Assembly (NCBI GenBank): GCA_963769425.1
Contig: CAVYLP010000004.1
Location: 263,088 to 327,087, forward strand
Direction of reading: 5' to 3'
DNA from: Candidatus Bathyarchaeota archaeon
Lineage (GTDB): Archaea; Thermoproteota; Bathyarchaeia; TCS64
DNA: 64,000 nucleotides
The notes beneath the pieces were generated by a model. It did not search any database and had not been told where the DNA came from. It saw only the letters and a list, made by a program, of their open reading frames with translations. The translations under genes and the position numbers were made by a program. Positions 49,960 to 60,519 of this stretch are shown here, piece by piece (position 1 is the first letter of the stretch; the number at the start of each line of letters is the position of its first letter).

Positions 49960-50951
49960 TAGCCCACCTTCCCGACTGGCAGCTTATCCCCCATCTCGTT
50001 CATCACCCTGAGCATCGCTATCTCGTCGTCTATGGTGATCCGCGGCTCGCCACCCCTGTGGACGAGCTGCTCGAGGTGCCTGTACTGCTCGGGGAAGCTG
50101 GGGTGCTTGAACTGGAGCATATCTAGGTACCAGCCGGCGCCACGCTCGCTGGTCTTCTTCTTACCCGCCTCGTTTTCGAGTGTGTAGCTGTAGGGGTTTG
50201 TGGCGAAGTCGCTCCTGAGTGTGCCCTTCTCACCCTCTATGTAGACGGCGAAGGTGGGAATGGTGCGCGTCCAGCTCGCAGTGCAGTCGAGTTCAACGCC
50301 CTGCTCCGTCTCGACCGTGGCGTGGAGGTTGTCGCAGACATCATACTTCTTGCAGGCACCGGAAACCTCTTTGACCTTCCTCGGCTTCCCCGCGACTATG
50401 CCAGCGACGCTGAGTATGTGCGGCATCACGTCCTCGACTATGCCGCGCGGGTCCTTCGTGCGGAAGTCGGTCTTTGAGCCGTACATGCCGAGGTTGTTCT
50501 CGAAGTTGAGTTTCACACGCTTGACGACGCCGATGGCTCCCTGCTTGACCTTCTCCTCCATCCTGTAGAGGGCGGGGGTGTACACGTAGTTGTGGGCGGG
50601 GAGGACGACGAGGCTACCCTTCGCCTCCTTGATCCTCGCGCAGCCCTCCACCGTCTGGGCGAGGGGCTTCTCGCAGAGCACATGTTTCCCCGCCTTGAGT
50701 GACTGCAGGGTCATCTCCTCGTGGAAGCGGGGCGGCGTGTTGATAGCGACAGCCTCCACCTCCGGCTTCGCGAGCATCTCCAAGTAGTCGCCGCAGGCGT
50801 GGCCGACCCCCGTCGCGCCCTTGACCTCGGCGAGTTGCTCGCCACTCTTATCCGAGATGCTCACAAGCTCCACGACGCCCGAGGCCTCTATGGCCTTGAG
50901 GTGGAACATCGTGGTGACCCTTCCGCAACCGATTATACCGAGGCGGAGCAT
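49959..50951 (-). CDS. Gfo/Idh/MocA-family NAD(P)-dependent oxidoreductase
   Basis: LRLGIIGCGRV Rossmann N-terminus. EKPL motif. Confidence 0.8.
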   Translation of the reverse strand: MLRLGIIGCGRVTTMFHLKAIEASGVVELVSISDKSGEQLAEVKGATGVGHACGDYLEMLAKPEVEAVAINTPPRFHEEMTLQSLKAGKHVLCEKPLAQTVEGCARIKEAKGSLVVLPAHNYVYTPALYRMEEKVKQGAIGVVKRVKLNFENNLGMYGSKTDFRTKDPRGIVEDVMPHILSVAGIVAGKPRKVKEVSGACKKYDVCDNLHATVETEQGVELDCTASWTRTIPTFAVYIEGEKGTLRSDFATNPYSYTLENEAGKKKTSERGAGWYLDMLQFKHPSFPEQYRHLEQLVHRGGEPRITIDDEIAMLRVMNEMGDKLPVGKVG

Positions 50952-51077
50952 GTCTGGGGAAATACCCTTACCCGGGTTAAATAGTTGCTACTTGATGGGG
51001 TATTTTAATAGGAACTTGTACTTGCAGCTTCTGCTGCCTCAACCCATAAATAATGTTGCGCCCCCTCCACGCCTGAG

Positions 51078-51527
51078 TTGGAGCCCACCATACGACTCGT
51101 GGCAGCAGCGGATCTCAGTACCATCCACAGGATCGAGGTGGGTAGCTACCCCGACCCGTGGCCGCGCTCCATCTTCTACCTCATGCGAGGGCGTGCCCCT
51201 GACCTCTTTATAGTAGCTGAAGCCGAAGGTGAGGTCGTCGCCTACTCGATCGGGGAGATGGAGTGGATGCACGGCGTTAAGGTGGGCCACGTCATGAACA
51301 TAGCCGTAGCCGAGGCTTGGAGGCGCAGGGGGATAGCGGGGAGGCTACTCAACGAGCTCGAGGGCAGGTTCACGGAGCGCGGGGCCGAGTACTCCTACCT
51401 AGAGGTGAGGGTGGGCAACGAGGAAGCCCAGCGCCTCTACAGGAAGAGGGGTTACCGGGACCTCGGTATCCTCCCCCGCTACTACAAGGACGAGGACGGC
51501 ATCGCTATGGAGAAGCCCCTCGGCTAA
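51078..51527 (+). CDS. GNAT N-acetyltransferase (RimI/Ard1-like)
   Basis: VRVGNEEAQRLYRKRGY acetyl-CoA-binding region. TTG start. Confidence 0.7.
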   Translation: MEPTIRLVAAADLSTIHRIEVGSYPDPWPRSIFYLMRGRAPDLFIVAEAEGEVVAYSIGEMEWMHGVKVGHVMNIAVAEAWRRRGIAGRLLNELEGRFTERGAEYSYLEVRVGNEEAQRLYRKRGYRDLGILPRYYKDEDGIAMEKPLG

Positions 51528-51576
51528 ACGTTACACTTCTATACCTGTGCCCGCCCCTCACTCCGTAGGTGGAACC

Positions 51577-52617
51577 ATGGGTGAGATACGTGTCGCCGTC
51601 GCCGGCACAGGAAACCTCTGCTCAAGCCTAGTACAGGGAACACACTTCTACGCCAAGGCGAAGGAGCCACTCGGGCTCCTCCACCCAGAACTCGGCGGCT
51701 ACAAGCCTTCGGACGTGAAGTACGTCGCCGCATTCGACATAAGCGACGTGAAGGTTGGCAAGGACCTCAGCGAGGCCATATTCGCGAAGCCGAACAACGC
51801 CCCGAAGGTGGCCGACGTCCCGAAGCTGGGCGTAACGGTGAAGATGGGACCCGCCCCGGACCTCGTCGAGGAGGGCACCCTCAGCAGCATAAAGCGCGCC
51901 AAGGCGGAGGCCGTCGACGTCGCCGCCGAGCTGAAGAAGGCGAAGGCGGATATGCTCATCAACATGGTCTCCGGTGGCAGCGACAAGGCGTCCGCCCTCT
52001 ATGCGAAGGCGGCCATCGATGCAGGCTGCGCTTACCTCAACGCGACCCCGTCGCCTATCGCAGGTGACGCGGCGCTCATCAAGAAGTTCACGGCAGCAAA
52101 GCTCCCGGTGGCTGGAGATGACCTGCTGGATCAGGTCGGGGCCACGGCGATCCACATCGGCATCCTGGAGTTCCTCCACAGCCGCGGCGCACACATAGAC
52201 GAGAGCTACCAGCTCGACGTCGGGGGCGGCGCGGAGTCGATCAGCACGCTGGAGAAGACGAAGGACACGAAGAGGAGCATAAAGACGGCGGCAGTCACGG
52301 GGCACGTCCCATACAAGTTCCCGCTCGTCTCCGGCTCCACCGACTTCGTCGACTTCCTCGGCAACGGGCGTGACAGCTTCTTCTGGGTCAAGGGGCGCTA
52401 CTTCGGTGGCGTGCCCTTCACTATGGACCTGAAGCTGAGCAGCGAGGACGCCCCCAACGGGGGCTCAATCCTCCTCGACGCGATCAGGGGGATGAAGGTC
52501 GCCAAGGATAAGGGCTTGAAAGGGCTCGTGGCCCCGATCTGCGGCTACGCCTTCAAGAGGGCGGAGCGCACCAGCCTCGCCACCGCGTACAAGTCCTTCA
52601 GGGACCTCACAGGGTAG
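51577..52617 (+). CDS. myo-inositol-1-phosphate synthase family
   Basis: IRVAVAGTGNLCSSLVQG NAD-binding N-terminus. SGGSDKASALYAKAAIDAGCAYLNATP. Confidence 0.65.
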   Translation: MGEIRVAVAGTGNLCSSLVQGTHFYAKAKEPLGLLHPELGGYKPSDVKYVAAFDISDVKVGKDLSEAIFAKPNNAPKVADVPKLGVTVKMGPAPDLVEEGTLSSIKRAKAEAVDVAAELKKAKADMLINMVSGGSDKASALYAKAAIDAGCAYLNATPSPIAGDAALIKKFTAAKLPVAGDDLLDQVGATAIHIGILEFLHSRGAHIDESYQLDVGGGAESISTLEKTKDTKRSIKTAAVTGHVPYKFPLVSGSTDFVDFLGNGRDSFFWVKGRYFGGVPFTMDLKLSSEDAPNGGSILLDAIRGMKVAKDKGLKGLVAPICGYAFKRAERTSLATAYKSFRDLTG

Positions 52618-52622
52618 CCGCC

Positions 52623-53384
52623 ATGCACATGATATTCCTAGTCGGGACAGCCGGGAGCGGCAAGAGCACCCTCACAGCCGCCTTCACCCGCTGGCTGGAG
52701 ATGCAGCGCGAGGATGTGATGGCCGTAAACCTCGACCCCGGCGCCCCCAACCTCCCCTACTCCGCCAACGTCGACATACGCGACTACATCAAGGTCGAGG
52801 ACGTGATGGAGGAGTATGGACTGGGCCCCAATGGTGGGCTGGTCGCCGCGACAGACATGATCAAGGACGTGGTGGATCAGGTGAGCCAGGACATCGAGGA
52901 CTTCACCCCCGACATCTGCATAGTCGACACCCCAGGGCAGATGGAGCTCTTCGCTTTCCGAGACATAGGCGCGCAGGTGGCGGAGAAGCTCACGGACGCG
53001 GACAAGGGCCTCGTCTACCTCTTCGACGCCGGATTCTGCAGGGACCCCCTCAACTACGTTATGAACATGTTCCTCGCGTCAGCCATAAACGTCCGGTTCC
53101 AGCTGCCCCAGTTCCAGGTCTTCAGCAAGGTGGACCTGCTCAAGGAGAAGGAGTTAGAGGGCATGATGAGCTGGGCTGAGGACCCCGACGTCCTCAGGAC
53201 CGCCGTCGACGCTCGCCTCAGCGGTATGAACAAGGAGATGAGCCAGGATATGCTTGAGATCATCGAGAGGATGGGGGTCGAGTTCAGCCCTATAGCGGTC
53301 TCGGCGAAGACGCAGGATGGTTTCCACGTTCTCTACTCGGAGCTGCAGCGCGTCTTCACGGGCGGGGAGAAGTTCACCCCCTAG
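52623..53384 (+). CDS. GPN-loop GTPase
   Basis: GTAGSGKST P-loop. LGPNGGL GPN motif. VDTPGQ. Confidence 0.8.
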   Translation: MHMIFLVGTAGSGKSTLTAAFTRWLEMQREDVMAVNLDPGAPNLPYSANVDIRDYIKVEDVMEEYGLGPNGGLVAATDMIKDVVDQVSQDIEDFTPDICIVDTPGQMELFAFRDIGAQVAEKLTDADKGLVYLFDAGFCRDPLNYVMNMFLASAINVRFQLPQFQVFSKVDLLKEKELEGMMSWAEDPDVLRTAVDARLSGMNKEMSQDMLEIIERMGVEFSPIAVSAKTQDGFHVLYSELQRVFTGGEKFTP

Positions 53385-53436
53385 CCTCGAAAATCGTTAA
53401 TACGGCGTCCGGGTGCCTATCTCCTAGGAGATAATC

Positions 53437-54420
53437 ATGGTTCTTTACCTCACGCAAGACGAGGTCAAGCAGGTGCTTGACATGAAGAGCGCCTTCGAGG
53501 CCGTCGAAGGCGGCTTCCGGGAGATGGGCAACAAGGCCATCGAGATGCCGCCCAGGGTCTACCTGCACTTCCCGAAGGGCGTGCTCATCGCGATGCCCGC
53601 GTACATGCCCAACCTCAACGCGGCGGGCACGAAGCTCGTCACGGTTCACCCCGGCAACAAGAAGGATTACAACCTCCCCGCCGTGCAGGCGAAGATCGTC
53701 ATCAACAGCATCGAGAACGGCTCCCCCCTCGCCATCATGGACGGGACATACGTAACCGCCGTCCGCACTGGCGCGGCCGGGGCTGTGGGAATAAAGTACC
53801 TCGCACGCGAGGACGCTAAAGAGGTTGGCCTCTGCGGTCTCGGCGTCCAGGGCAGGAGCCAGATCATGGGCCTCATGCTCGTCCGCCCCAAGATCAAGAA
53901 GGTCAAGATATTCGACATCCTACCCGAGGCCATCCCGCCATTCATCAAGGACATGAAGGCAATGTACCCAAGCGTCGACTTCGTCACCGCGAAGTCGGCG
54001 GAGGAAGCGACGAAGGGCAGCGACATCATCATCACCTGCACCCCAAGCTCCACACCCTTCATCAAGGGGGAGTGGCTGAAGAAGGGGGCACACGTCTCTG
54101 CGATAGGCGCGGACGTCGCCGCGAAGAGGGAGCTTGAGACCAGCGTGCTCAAGAAGGCGAACAAGCTCGTCGTCGACTTCATCCCGCAGGCGTTCGTCGT
54201 CGGCGACTTCGCCAAGCCGAAGGAGGAGGGCGCGGTCTCCGAGAAGGACATCTACGCCGAGATGGGCGAGATCGTCTCCGGGCAGAAGAAGGGTCGCACC
54301 TCACCAGACGAGATCACCCTCTTCAAGGCAACCGGCCTCGCCATCGAGGACGTCGGCACTGGCGCCAAGGTCTATGAGCTCGCCGTCAAGAAGAAGATCG
54401 GCACCGAGCTCCCCAACTAA
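53437..54420 (+). CDS. ornithine cyclodeaminase / mu-crystallin family (archaeal alanine dehydrogenase-like)
   Basis: 327 aa. OCD-family N-terminus and a Rossmann region GLCGLGVQG. Confidence 0.75.
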   Translation: MVLYLTQDEVKQVLDMKSAFEAVEGGFREMGNKAIEMPPRVYLHFPKGVLIAMPAYMPNLNAAGTKLVTVHPGNKKDYNLPAVQAKIVINSIENGSPLAIMDGTYVTAVRTGAAGAVGIKYLAREDAKEVGLCGLGVQGRSQIMGLMLVRPKIKKVKIFDILPEAIPPFIKDMKAMYPSVDFVTAKSAEEATKGSDIIITCTPSSTPFIKGEWLKKGAHVSAIGADVAAKRELETSVLKKANKLVVDFIPQAFVVGDFAKPKEEGAVSEKDIYAEMGEIVSGQKKGRTSPDEITLFKATGLAIEDVGTGAKVYELAVKKKIGTELPN

Positions 54421-54428
54421 TCCAGCTT

Positions 54429-55199
54429 TTAAATTATACCCGAGTAGTCCCTAAAGTCGTTCTCACAAGGGTTACCGGGGCAGTATAGTATTCTGGATTT
54501 CTCGATTTTTGAGCCGACAGTGAGTATGGTTGCGCTAGTTTGAACATTCTTACCAGTCGGGTCGTGGTAGCAGATAGATCCCTGCCCCTTCTCTGTCCCA
54601 TGGTCCCCGCTGATCAGCTTGAGTGATTCAATAAGTTCGTCCACGTTTCGTAGTTCGAGCCGGCTCAATAGGTTATGTGCCCTGAGTTTCCTCTTCTCCA
54701 CGTTAACCCACATCTTATCGGCTCGTTCGGTCCACTCGATCCTCGGATTTATAGTAAGGGTTGTGATAACATGTGGGCCGTAATCTAGACGTTTAACGAG
54801 GGTCTCTTTGTCCCAGACGATGTGCCATGCCGAGTGTGTGTCCGCGACTAAGAAGTTGCCCCGCCGGTAATCCTCTCTTATATCCAGGTCGGTAAGAAAC
54901 CCCTTAGCTTCCTCTGCCGAGTTAAAACCGTCGAGTAGATCCAAGTTGAGAATACCCCTGCTTCTTGCAGGCTTCTCATTGTACTCTGTCTCCTGGTTCG
55001 TGACAGCCACAAGCAAACCTGAGTCGTTAAACCCAACCCACGTGCCATTCGACGCAACATCATATGGGGCGTAGACTCTCCTCGCTCCCTCGAAAACCCT
55101 AGGTGGCTCCTCCAAAGTCCCCGCGGTCAGATACCTATTATGAAGCACCACCATCGGGTAATCATCGAGGAGCCCGTAGAGGAACATCAGGGTACACAC
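54429..55199 (-). CDS. NRDE / TANGO2-family protein
   Basis: (V)CTLMFLYGLLDDYPMVVLHNR... with the Cys at position 2 if the start is the GTG at 55199. Confidence 0.6.
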   Translation of the reverse strand: MCTLMFLYGLLDDYPMVVLHNRYLTAGTLEEPPRVFEGARRVYAPYDVASNGTWVGFNDSGLLVAVTNQETEYNEKPARSRGILNLDLLDGFNSAEEAKGFLTDLDIREDYRRGNFLVADTHSAWHIVWDKETLVKRLDYGPHVITTLTINPRIEWTERADKMWVNVEKRKLRAHNLLSRLELRNVDELIESLKLISGDHGTEKGQGSICYHDPTGKNVQTSATILTVGSKIEKSRILYCPGNPCENDFRDYSGII

Positions 55200-56194
55200 G
55201 GGGAATCCGATAACGCTTCCCAGTCCTAGGTATAAGCTTACCCCAACCAAAGCAGCTTTTACTGTTACTAAAGGTGAAAATAAACGAATGGAAAGTTTGA
55301 TGATATCGTTATTCTTACACTCGTCTTAGAATCATATGCTTATGTTGACATTTCTTAAGAGTGTCTCAAGGGTCTCGCGTTCGTCCTGTCCTATTGTGTG
55401 GATCTGCCCTGTTTCACGTGGGTGACGAGACAATCTTACCGTCAAGATAAGATTGTTCTGGCTTTAGGGACAAGCCAACACGCGAAAGAACAAACAGTGA
55501 AAAATTGAGTAAAAATGCGGAACTATTTGTGTATCACTATATTTCCATATGCAATTATACTGATTGGGTTCGCCAATTCGGATGATACAAATTGATTGTC
55601 ATATTTCGTTTTGCCTGTGGACTTATCCCATATCTCGATTCGGAAAGTGTCTGGCGAGATATTTTTTAAGCACACCATCGATTGCAGTTAACATGAATCC
55701 ATAGATGCTAGATTTGTTGATTGTGCCTTCTCCCTTGTACTGTGCTTTTGCACCCGATATTGCCATCCAGTTGTAGTTTGTAATCTCGAAGCTAAGGTCA
55801 CCTGGTTGGAATTTTCAACATTGTATTGCCATGCGGGTAAACTCAATTTCGAATGAATCAGGGGATGGACCGGTGAGGGGTCATTAAGATATTTTGTAAA
55901 ACGCTTGTACTATGCTACCACTTACGGGAGGAGCTTGAAAAACGCGCCGATGCATACTCACCGACCTTGACCGGAGGAGGCTGATGGAGATGGTTAGAGA
56001 CAGGGGAGGGGAGGACGTGACAACACGAGAGTTATTCGTGAACCGATAGTAAAATATTAGCTCTTAAGTAACCACTGGGTTGTTCAACACCCCGCTACAA
56101 TCAAAACTTCTTTTTTCCAAGGGGTCTAACCTTACCCTCGTATGGGTGCAACTATTTAACCAGCCAAGCGGATTGATCGTTGAGGAATTTTAAC

Positions 56195-57358
56195 ATGGCG
56201 AGGACGATCGAGGAACTTTCACAGACCGAGATCTCTGAACTCATAAACAAACGCATAAGCATCTTCACGCCCGAGGACGTGGCGAGCAAGCTCAAGGGCG
56301 AGCTCGAGAAGACGGGGCGCTACGAGGCGCTGGTGGTCGGCGGGGGAAAGATCGGGATGGTCACCATCCGAGACCTTCTCGGCGTCGAGCCCCTCGAGCA
56401 GACAAAGCTCGTGAAACTCTGGAAGTCCCAGTGGCAGACGCCCGTCACCTCGGACAGCTGGGTGCAGGGAGTCGCCACAGAGCTCGTGAGGATCAACGCG
56501 AGGGCCCTCCCCGTTGTTGAGAACATGAAGCCCGTCGGCATCATCTCACAGGTCGACATAGTCGCCGCTATGGCAGACTGCGGCGACCTGAAGAAGACAC
56601 CCGCGAGGGACCTTGCCAAGATGGCGCCGGTTACGCTCGATGTCGGGGCGAAGGTCGCCGAGGCGAGGAAGCTCATGCTCGACAGGGGCATTAGCCACGT
56701 CCCGATCACCAAGGAGGGTAAGCTCGCCGGGATCGTCACGGCCGCTGACCTCGTCCAGTACTTTACACAGGGAGTAGGTAAGAGGAAGACCGGCGAACTG
56801 CCCGGGGAGAAGGTCACGAAGTTCCCCGGCATCGTCGATGGCATTATGGACAAGCACCCACTCACTGTCTCAACCGTCGCCTCGGCCCTCGACGTCGCGA
56901 GGGGTCTCAGGGATCAGGAGAAGAGCGCCGCCGTTCTAATCGACGAGAACGAGGGCGTCCTCGGCATATTGACGCCGAAGGAGCTTCTCACACTCATAGC
57001 GGAGCCCGCGACGAAGGAGGAGATGCCCATCTCCATAGTTGGCCTCGCAAACGAGGAGTTCCTGGCGAGGAGCCTCGCCGAGGAGAAGGTGAGGAAGGTC
57101 ATCACCCTCGGCATGAAGATTCACCCACACATCAACGACGTTCAGGTGGTCATCAAGAAGTCGGACAAGGGCGGCGAGAACGAGAGGTACGAGATGACGG
57201 CGCGCGCCCTAAGCCCCACAGAGCAGTTCCAGACCTCAAACGCGGGCTACGACCTCGTAAAGACCTTCGACGGCCTCATGTCCTCCCTAGAGAAGGAGTT
57301 CAAGGAGGCAAAGCACGAGTCCTCGAAGGTCCCCCGCAGGGGCAGGGGACGCTCCTAA
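56195..57358 (+). CDS. CBS-domain protein (tandem CBS pairs)
   Basis: Four CBS-like repeats (GIISQVDIV, GIVTAADLV, etc.). Confidence 0.7.
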   Translation: MARTIEELSQTEISELINKRISIFTPEDVASKLKGELEKTGRYEALVVGGGKIGMVTIRDLLGVEPLEQTKLVKLWKSQWQTPVTSDSWVQGVATELVRINARALPVVENMKPVGIISQVDIVAAMADCGDLKKTPARDLAKMAPVTLDVGAKVAEARKLMLDRGISHVPITKEGKLAGIVTAADLVQYFTQGVGKRKTGELPGEKVTKFPGIVDGIMDKHPLTVSTVASALDVARGLRDQEKSAAVLIDENEGVLGILTPKELLTLIAEPATKEEMPISIVGLANEEFLARSLAEEKVRKVITLGMKIHPHINDVQVVIKKSDKGGENERYEMTARALSPTEQFQTSNAGYDLVKTFDGLMSSLEKEFKEAKHESSKVPRRGRGRS

Positions 57359-57397
57359 GCTTCTTAACCGGTCCCGACAACTCATTCTGGATTTAGC

Positions 57398-58354
57398 TTG
57401 CCCCAGTGGACAGTTGTAGTCACGGAGCCGATCAACGAGGCCGGAGTCAAACTCCTAGAGAATAAGGGTGTCACCGTCATCCAGCTCCCACCGGGGAGCA
57501 GGGAGGACGCCCTCGCCGCCGTCGCACCCTCGGCTGACGCGCTAATCACCCGCGGCGGGATACGGGTGACGCGCGAGATCATGGCATCGAGCCCCGGACT
57601 CAGGGCCATCGGAGTCCACGGAATAGGGTGCGACCACGTCGACCTCGCCGCGGCTCAGGAGCTTGGTAAGGTTGTCCTCAACACACCCGACGCCCTCTCC
57701 GTCACCGTAGCTGAGATGACGGTAGCTATGATGCTATCCATGACGCGAAAGATAGCCACGGCGGACAAGGTCGTCAGAAACGGTGGCTGGAGCCGAAAAT
57801 ACTCCGACCTTATCGGCGTCGAGCTGATGGGGAAAACCATCGGCCTCATTGGTCTCGGTCGGATAGGGGCTGCCACGGCGAGGCGGCTCAAGGCATTCGA
57901 CGTTAAGCTACTCTACTGGAGCAGGACTCGCCACCCAGAGTTGGAACATGAACTCGGCTTAGAGTGGGTGGAGTTCACCGAACTCCTCGGCAGGAGCGAC
58001 ATCGTGAGCCTCCATGTCCCGGGCACCGCTGAGACGCACCACCTCCTAGGCTCAAAGGAATTCGCGTGCATGAAGCGTGGCGCGATGATTGTAAACACAG
58101 CACGCGGTAGAATCATCGACGAGGCAGCACTCGTGGAGGCGCTGAGGGGCGGACAAATATCCGCAGCGGCCCTCGACGTCTTCGAACAGGAGCCGGTGAA
58201 GCCCGACAACCAGCTGCTCGCCATGGATAACGTAGTGCTAGCCCCCCACCTCGGGGCCAGCAGCTTAGAGGCCATGAAGCGGATAGCTATACAGGTCGCA
58301 CAGGGCGTTCTCGACGTGCTGGAAAGCAAAGAGCCTCGGAATAGAGTCGCATAA
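57398..58354 (+). CDS. D-isomer-specific 2-hydroxyacid dehydrogenase (glyoxylate reductase / PGDH-like)
   Basis: GLIGLGRIGAATARRL NAD-binding motif. Catalytic R/E/H region. Confidence 0.8.
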   Translation: MPQWTVVVTEPINEAGVKLLENKGVTVIQLPPGSREDALAAVAPSADALITRGGIRVTREIMASSPGLRAIGVHGIGCDHVDLAAAQELGKVVLNTPDALSVTVAEMTVAMMLSMTRKIATADKVVRNGGWSRKYSDLIGVELMGKTIGLIGLGRIGAATARRLKAFDVKLLYWSRTRHPELEHELGLEWVEFTELLGRSDIVSLHVPGTAETHHLLGSKEFACMKRGAMIVNTARGRIIDEAALVEALRGGQISAAALDVFEQEPVKPDNQLLAMDNVVLAPHLGASSLEAMKRIAIQVAQGVLDVLESKEPRNRVA

Positions 58355-58440
58355 GAACTCAAAAAGCAGTCGCCAATCCAGGTCACCCCCTAAGGAAATG
58401 GTTTTAAAGCCTCGACCCCCCGGATAGGAGAGGTGTGAAT

Positions 58441-58623
58441 ATGCCTACAGTCACAGTAGACAAGAACAAGTGTGATGGAGAGGGCACATGCGTGGACGTC
58501 TGCCCAATGAACGTCTACGACATGGTCAACAAAAAATCCGAGCCCACACGGGCCGCAGACTGCATCGCATGCATGGCATGCGTCAACAGCTGCCCCACAC
58601 AGGCAATAACCGTCGAGCCGTAA
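58441..58623 (+). CDS. 2x[4Fe-4S] ferredoxin
   Basis: CDGEGTCVDVCP and CIACMACVNSCP. GGAGAGGTG SD 7 nt before the ATG. Confidence 0.75.
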   Translation: MPTVTVDKNKCDGEGTCVDVCPMNVYDMVNKKSEPTRAADCIACMACVNSCPTQAITVEP

Positions 58624-58657
58624 AAAGCTCAAAAACCGTCCTTTTTAACTCCCGTTT

Positions 58658-59329
58658 TTAACGAGGCCTAACCGAGACAGCCCTTACTATGTCGGCCGTG
58701 TTCTCGCACCAATCGGCGACCGTCTCCAAGGCGTCCAGGAACTCGTTGAGGAGTATGAGAGAACCCATGCTCCACCCCTTAAACTCCAGATTAGCTAGGT
58801 GCTGCCTAGCCTGGCTGTAGAGTTCGTCGATGTCCTCCTCTAGCATCTCGACCTTGTTGGCTAGGTTTATGGCCTCCTTCGGATCTGTCGAGATGACCTT
58901 AAGGCAATCGTCGAGTACCGTTACGCAGTCGGCATCGGCCTTCGCCATGTTCAGGGCGGCTTCCCTCATCTCCTGCGGGGCCCTGTCGAGGTGGATAACG
59001 TTCATTATTCTCCCAGCCTCCTTGCTCCAGTCGGCTATCCAGTCGACCGCGCGGACCATCTCCATAAGGTCATCCCGCTCCTCGGGGAACATCTCGCTCT
59101 TCGTGAGGGCGTCGACCATCTGCCTCCTTAACTCGTCGGCCTCCATCTCCATCCGGCTAAGGCTGATGTAGTGCGTGGAGCACTTCTCAGCATCGCAGTG
59201 CGCCGCGGCGTCGACCATGCTGTACATCTCCATGACCGCACCCTTAGTGAGTTCAAGGTGCTTCTCCGCCATCGCGAGAACTTCTTCGCCGCGCTTAGGG
59301 GCGAACCATCCGAAGAGTTTCCTAGACAA
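58658..59329 (-). CDS. DUF47 / PhoU-like phosphate-transport regulator-type protein
   Basis: 223 aa, all-helical. Downstream of a Na/Pi cotransporter gene on the same strand. Confidence 0.65.
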   Translation of the reverse strand: MSRKLFGWFAPKRGEEVLAMAEKHLELTKGAVMEMYSMVDAAAHCDAEKCSTHYISLSRMEMEADELRRQMVDALTKSEMFPEERDDLMEMVRAVDWIADWSKEAGRIMNVIHLDRAPQEMREAALNMAKADADCVTVLDDCLKVISTDPKEAINLANKVEMLEEDIDELYSQARQHLANLEFKGWSMGSLILLNEFLDALETVADWCENTADIVRAVSVRPR

Positions 59330-59380
59330 TCTTCCCGTCTATCCCTCTGAACATTAGTTTATGAAACCTTCCCCCGAAGC

Positions 59381-60460
59381 TCATACCCTGAGGAAATAGT
59401 AGAGGATAACAGAAGCGGGGACGAGATGGAAGACCACCGTGATGACGAGGGTGAGCTTTGGCGACGCCGCGACCTTGTCGGCTGTGACCTTGATCATCTT
59501 GCTGAACGGCTTCATTAAGGGGAGGAAGATGAGGGCTCCGATGACGTTGATGCTAAGGTGGACGAGCCAGACCCCCATCGCCACCGGGTCGCCGGTCGCC
59601 ATCGCGGCTATCATTACGTCAAAGACCGTTCCTATATTGGCGCCGAGTATGTAGGGCAAAATGTAGTAGTCGGCGCTGAGGACGCCACTCGTGGCGAGAG
59701 GTATCAGCAGAGAAACCATTACCGTGGTACTCGGGATGAGCATGGTGAACAGGAACCCTGCCAGGAAGGAGCGCAGAGGCTTCTGGAATGTCGCCCTGAT
59801 GAGGTTCCAGGACCTCGGCATGTTGAATATCTCGGTCATGTACTTCTCGACACCTCCGAGGGCGAGGACTAGCATGGCGGCGCCAGCGATTATCCCTAGC
59901 CAGGGTGGGATATACCTCAGAACTACGGGGACCCACGGTGTGGCGACCTCGAGTACGTCAGGGATGGCGTTGAGCCATGGCGCTTTCACGAAGATATTGC
60001 TCCCCTGAAGCGCGATGAAGGTGAGGAACCCGAAGAACAGCTCGGCGGGGAAGAAAATCATCAGACAGATGAGGTTATAGAGTACGTGGGTTAACGTCAC
60101 GTTAAAGGCCGCACCCTGGTTCTTCTTCCCCCTGATTTGATTGAGGACCGAGATCAGGAAGGGGGTAACGGTTGTCCCGAGCTCCGCTCCGAGTATGGAT
60201 GAGACGGCTAAGCTAAGTGGCATAGCACCCGAGGAGACGAAGGCAACGACTATGCTGTCGAAGGCTCCGCTGCTGTGGACTAGTGCGGTTCCGATCCAAC
60301 CAGCGAAGACAGCGCTTGTTGTGTCCCTGATGATTAGCACTATGCCCTCTGTCAGGGCCGTCGCCATCATCGATGCAGAGTCCTTGATGAGCATTATAGC
60401 GGAGATGAAGAAGTACAGCGCACCCAAGGAGCCCAGTACGTTCCAATACTTGGAACCCAA
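59381..60460 (-). CDS. Na+/phosphate cotransporter family (PNaS/NptA-like) membrane protein
   Basis: GAELGTTVT and GANIGT repeats typical of the Na/Pi-cotransporter II-related family. Confidence 0.7.
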   Translation of the reverse strand: MGSKYWNVLGSLGALYFFISAIMLIKDSASMMATALTEGIVLIIRDTTSAVFAGWIGTALVHSSGAFDSIVVAFVSSGAMPLSLAVSSILGAELGTTVTPFLISVLNQIRGKKNQGAAFNVTLTHVLYNLICLMIFFPAELFFGFLTFIALQGSNIFVKAPWLNAIPDVLEVATPWVPVVLRYIPPWLGIIAGAAMLVLALGGVEKYMTEIFNMPRSWNLIRATFQKPLRSFLAGFLFTMLIPSTTVMVSLLIPLATSGVLSADYYILPYILGANIGTVFDVMIAAMATGDPVAMGVWLVHLSINVIGALIFLPLMKPFSKMIKVTADKVAASPKLTLVITVVFHLVPASVILYYFLRV

Positions 60461-60519
60461 AGCGATCCTTATTCGATTTCGGGTATATAATTAAGTGTAA
60501 TCTATATAGAATATTGTGA

